From Mytilus californianus (taxonomy: Eukaryota): a DNA stretch of 64,000 bases. Shown in pieces: positions 62,015 to 64,000 of this stretch. The DNA lies in assembly GCF_021869535.1 (NCBI RefSeq), contig NW_026262690.1, forward strand, positions 77,314,001 to 77,378,000, in the 5' to 3' direction. Made by a program: the position numbers and the translations under genes. The notes beneath the pieces were generated by a model. The model saw only the letters and a list, made by a program, of their open reading frames with translations. It was not told where the DNA came from and made no database searches. Within the stretch, counting starts at the first letter, position 1. The number at the start of each line of letters is the position of its first letter.

Positions 62015-64000
62015 TTCATGGATCTTCATGGTCAACTTGAAACTGAAACTTTTTTTAGATTACCTTTGGTAATATTGTTGAAGCCCGGCCTTGGCATGGA
62101 AGTTCCCTTATAATATAAGTAAAAAATGGAAGAAATATAACTGTTACAGTATTTGTTCCTGACGAAATAAAGGGTATAGGATACCGGTATCTGTTCCAAC
62201 AGATTTTTAATAACAGAGTTTTCACAGGAATAAATATGCGTTAACAGATCGTACGATGACCTGTAGTTGTTCACATCCTTGTCCTTTGGTCTTTGCGTGA
62301 TAATTGTCTCATTTGCCATCATACAACATCTCCTTATTTTTACATGAAAGACAATACAGAACTTCTTTGCTTTGGGTTTTGACAAGTGCGTTTAGGGATT
62401 TTGTGTCATGAATTAATACACCATATGATTCCCATATTCCTTGAGGGGTGACACGCTTTTAGGATGTGGCCGGAATATAGGGAAAAAAAGGGAAAAGTAG
62501 AAAAAAAATACAAAAAAGCGGGATTTGGAAAATGATCACCCTCGTGTTACCCCCTCTTCCTTCTTTACCATTCCGATAGAGTTAATTGTGGTTTGGGCGT
62601 CCTTTCGGCCTGAAGATAGAGAACAACAATACAGTGCTATTCCCTGGATTTTGATTTTGTTAAATGCGTGTATGAATTTTGTGACAAGAATTAGTATATG
62701 TTATTCGGGAACTTCACAGGGGATATGGTGTATACTGGAGTGAAATATCTCGGCTAACCCTGCAATTTGATTGGTCACCGTGACAGGGAATATGAGCCCA
62801 TATACCCTGTGGACAAAAACGAAGATAAAAATGTTAGATAATGTTAAGATCAGGACACGTCAGTATAATATAATTGTTGTTCGAGCTACACAGGGGATAT
62901 GGGCTCTTACTCCCTGTCAGTGCCCTATATATGTATCCCCTTCGGCTGACGGCCCAGGACATATAAAACGCGGACATGGAATATGAGCCCATATACCCCT
63001 GTGAAGATCCCGAATAATACATATTAATTATAGACACAAAATCCATACACGTATACACCATATGCTTCTTTTTCATTATACGTTTGTTCACTGTGTTATT
63101 GTACAAGTTAGGGAACCTATACTATTGGTATTCGAATTATTGTTCGTGGTGGGGCCGTGGCCACAACAAAGAAAATACTGTTCGTCACGAGATAATCATT
63201 ATTTCGATAATAAAAACAGGTTTGGAAAAAGACATAAGTCAATTATGATTTATGATTTACATGTACATAATTATAAATAGTTATAAATTACGTGGTTTAA
63301 CTTTGTACTTTAATTCTAATTTCCATATTTGTGAATGATGGTCCTTGAAACTGATCAAAATCCAAGTTGAAAAAATAGTATAAAGAGGTTTTACCGCAAC
63401 TGTAATCATCGTACGTAGAAAAAACAACAACAACATGTAAAACATTTACGAAGTAAGAGGTGAATGACCCAAGACGGGTGTTCGTCAATACTAATGACCA
63501 TGATCAAACCAGTCGGTTCCCCCAACCCCAATGTTCTAGTATCTTCTAAATGGTCGAGATCCCCACCCTAAACCATACATATTCTGGTTTGTCGTGCCAA
63601 GATGATTTGAATGATAGACAGGGTTAGTCAACAGGCATCACTAATGCATATATCTTCACTGGACCAAACCAATTTTCACTGGACTTTGCCCAATGTCAGG
63701 CGACCCTGGGAATAACGAATTATGGGAGATTCGTTTGTGAGACTTTGAACAGCATCTTGTTACAATCATTTCTTGTTTTTTTTTTCATGTGCATAGGTGT
63801 GGTCAACTTGAAACTGAAACTTTTTTTTTGATTACCTTTGGTAATATTGTTGTAGCCGGGCCTTGGCATGGAAGTTGCCTTATAATATTAGTAAAAAAAA
63901 TGGAAGAAATATTCTGGAATATTATTTCCACTGGAAGAAATATAACTGTTACAGTATTTGTTCCTGACGAAATAAAGGGTATAGGATACCGGTATCTGTT
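62015..64000. repeat. Direct duplication of a ≥190-bp block (62015-62210 and 63795-64000)
   Basis: GGTCAACTTGAAACTGAAACTTTTTTT.GATTACCTTTGGTAATATTGTTG...GGATACCGGTATCTGTT occurs twice, about 1.77 kb apart. Confidence 0.85.

Overview
AT-rich eukaryotic genomic DNA. The repeat families resemble those of bivalves, probably a Mytilus mussel (inference). Four intron-containing genes were reconstructed by hand from GT/AG junctions and reading phase: (1) RNase T2, minus strand, 3808-9396, N-terminal exon not found; (2) a type II membrane protein with two divergent METTL24/Methyltransf_22-like domains, plus strand, 18513-26072, about 503 aa; (3) GFM2 (mitochondrial EF-G2/RRF2mt), minus strand, 33640-45641, about 757 aa; (4) galactose mutarotase GALM, plus strand, 49439-57596, 341 aa. 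There are also partial exons of two or three unidentified genes. Mobile DNA includes a young gag-only Ty3/Gypsy LTR element in GFM2 intron 1 (590-bp LTRs, GATG target duplication), at least five Helentron-type non-autonomous elements (one carrying a ~2.3-kb satellite-like array), several MITEs, and hAT, LINE and Penelope-like remnants. The best leads are an in-frame upstream exon that would give GALM a transmembrane signal anchor, the gag-only LTR element with a degenerate tRNA-Gln primer site, an Asp-to-Asn change in the GFM2 P-loop, and repeated tandem duplication of exon ends plus splice donors in the METTL24-like gene. No database searches were run. Family assignments come from motif recognition and coordinates were counted by hand.
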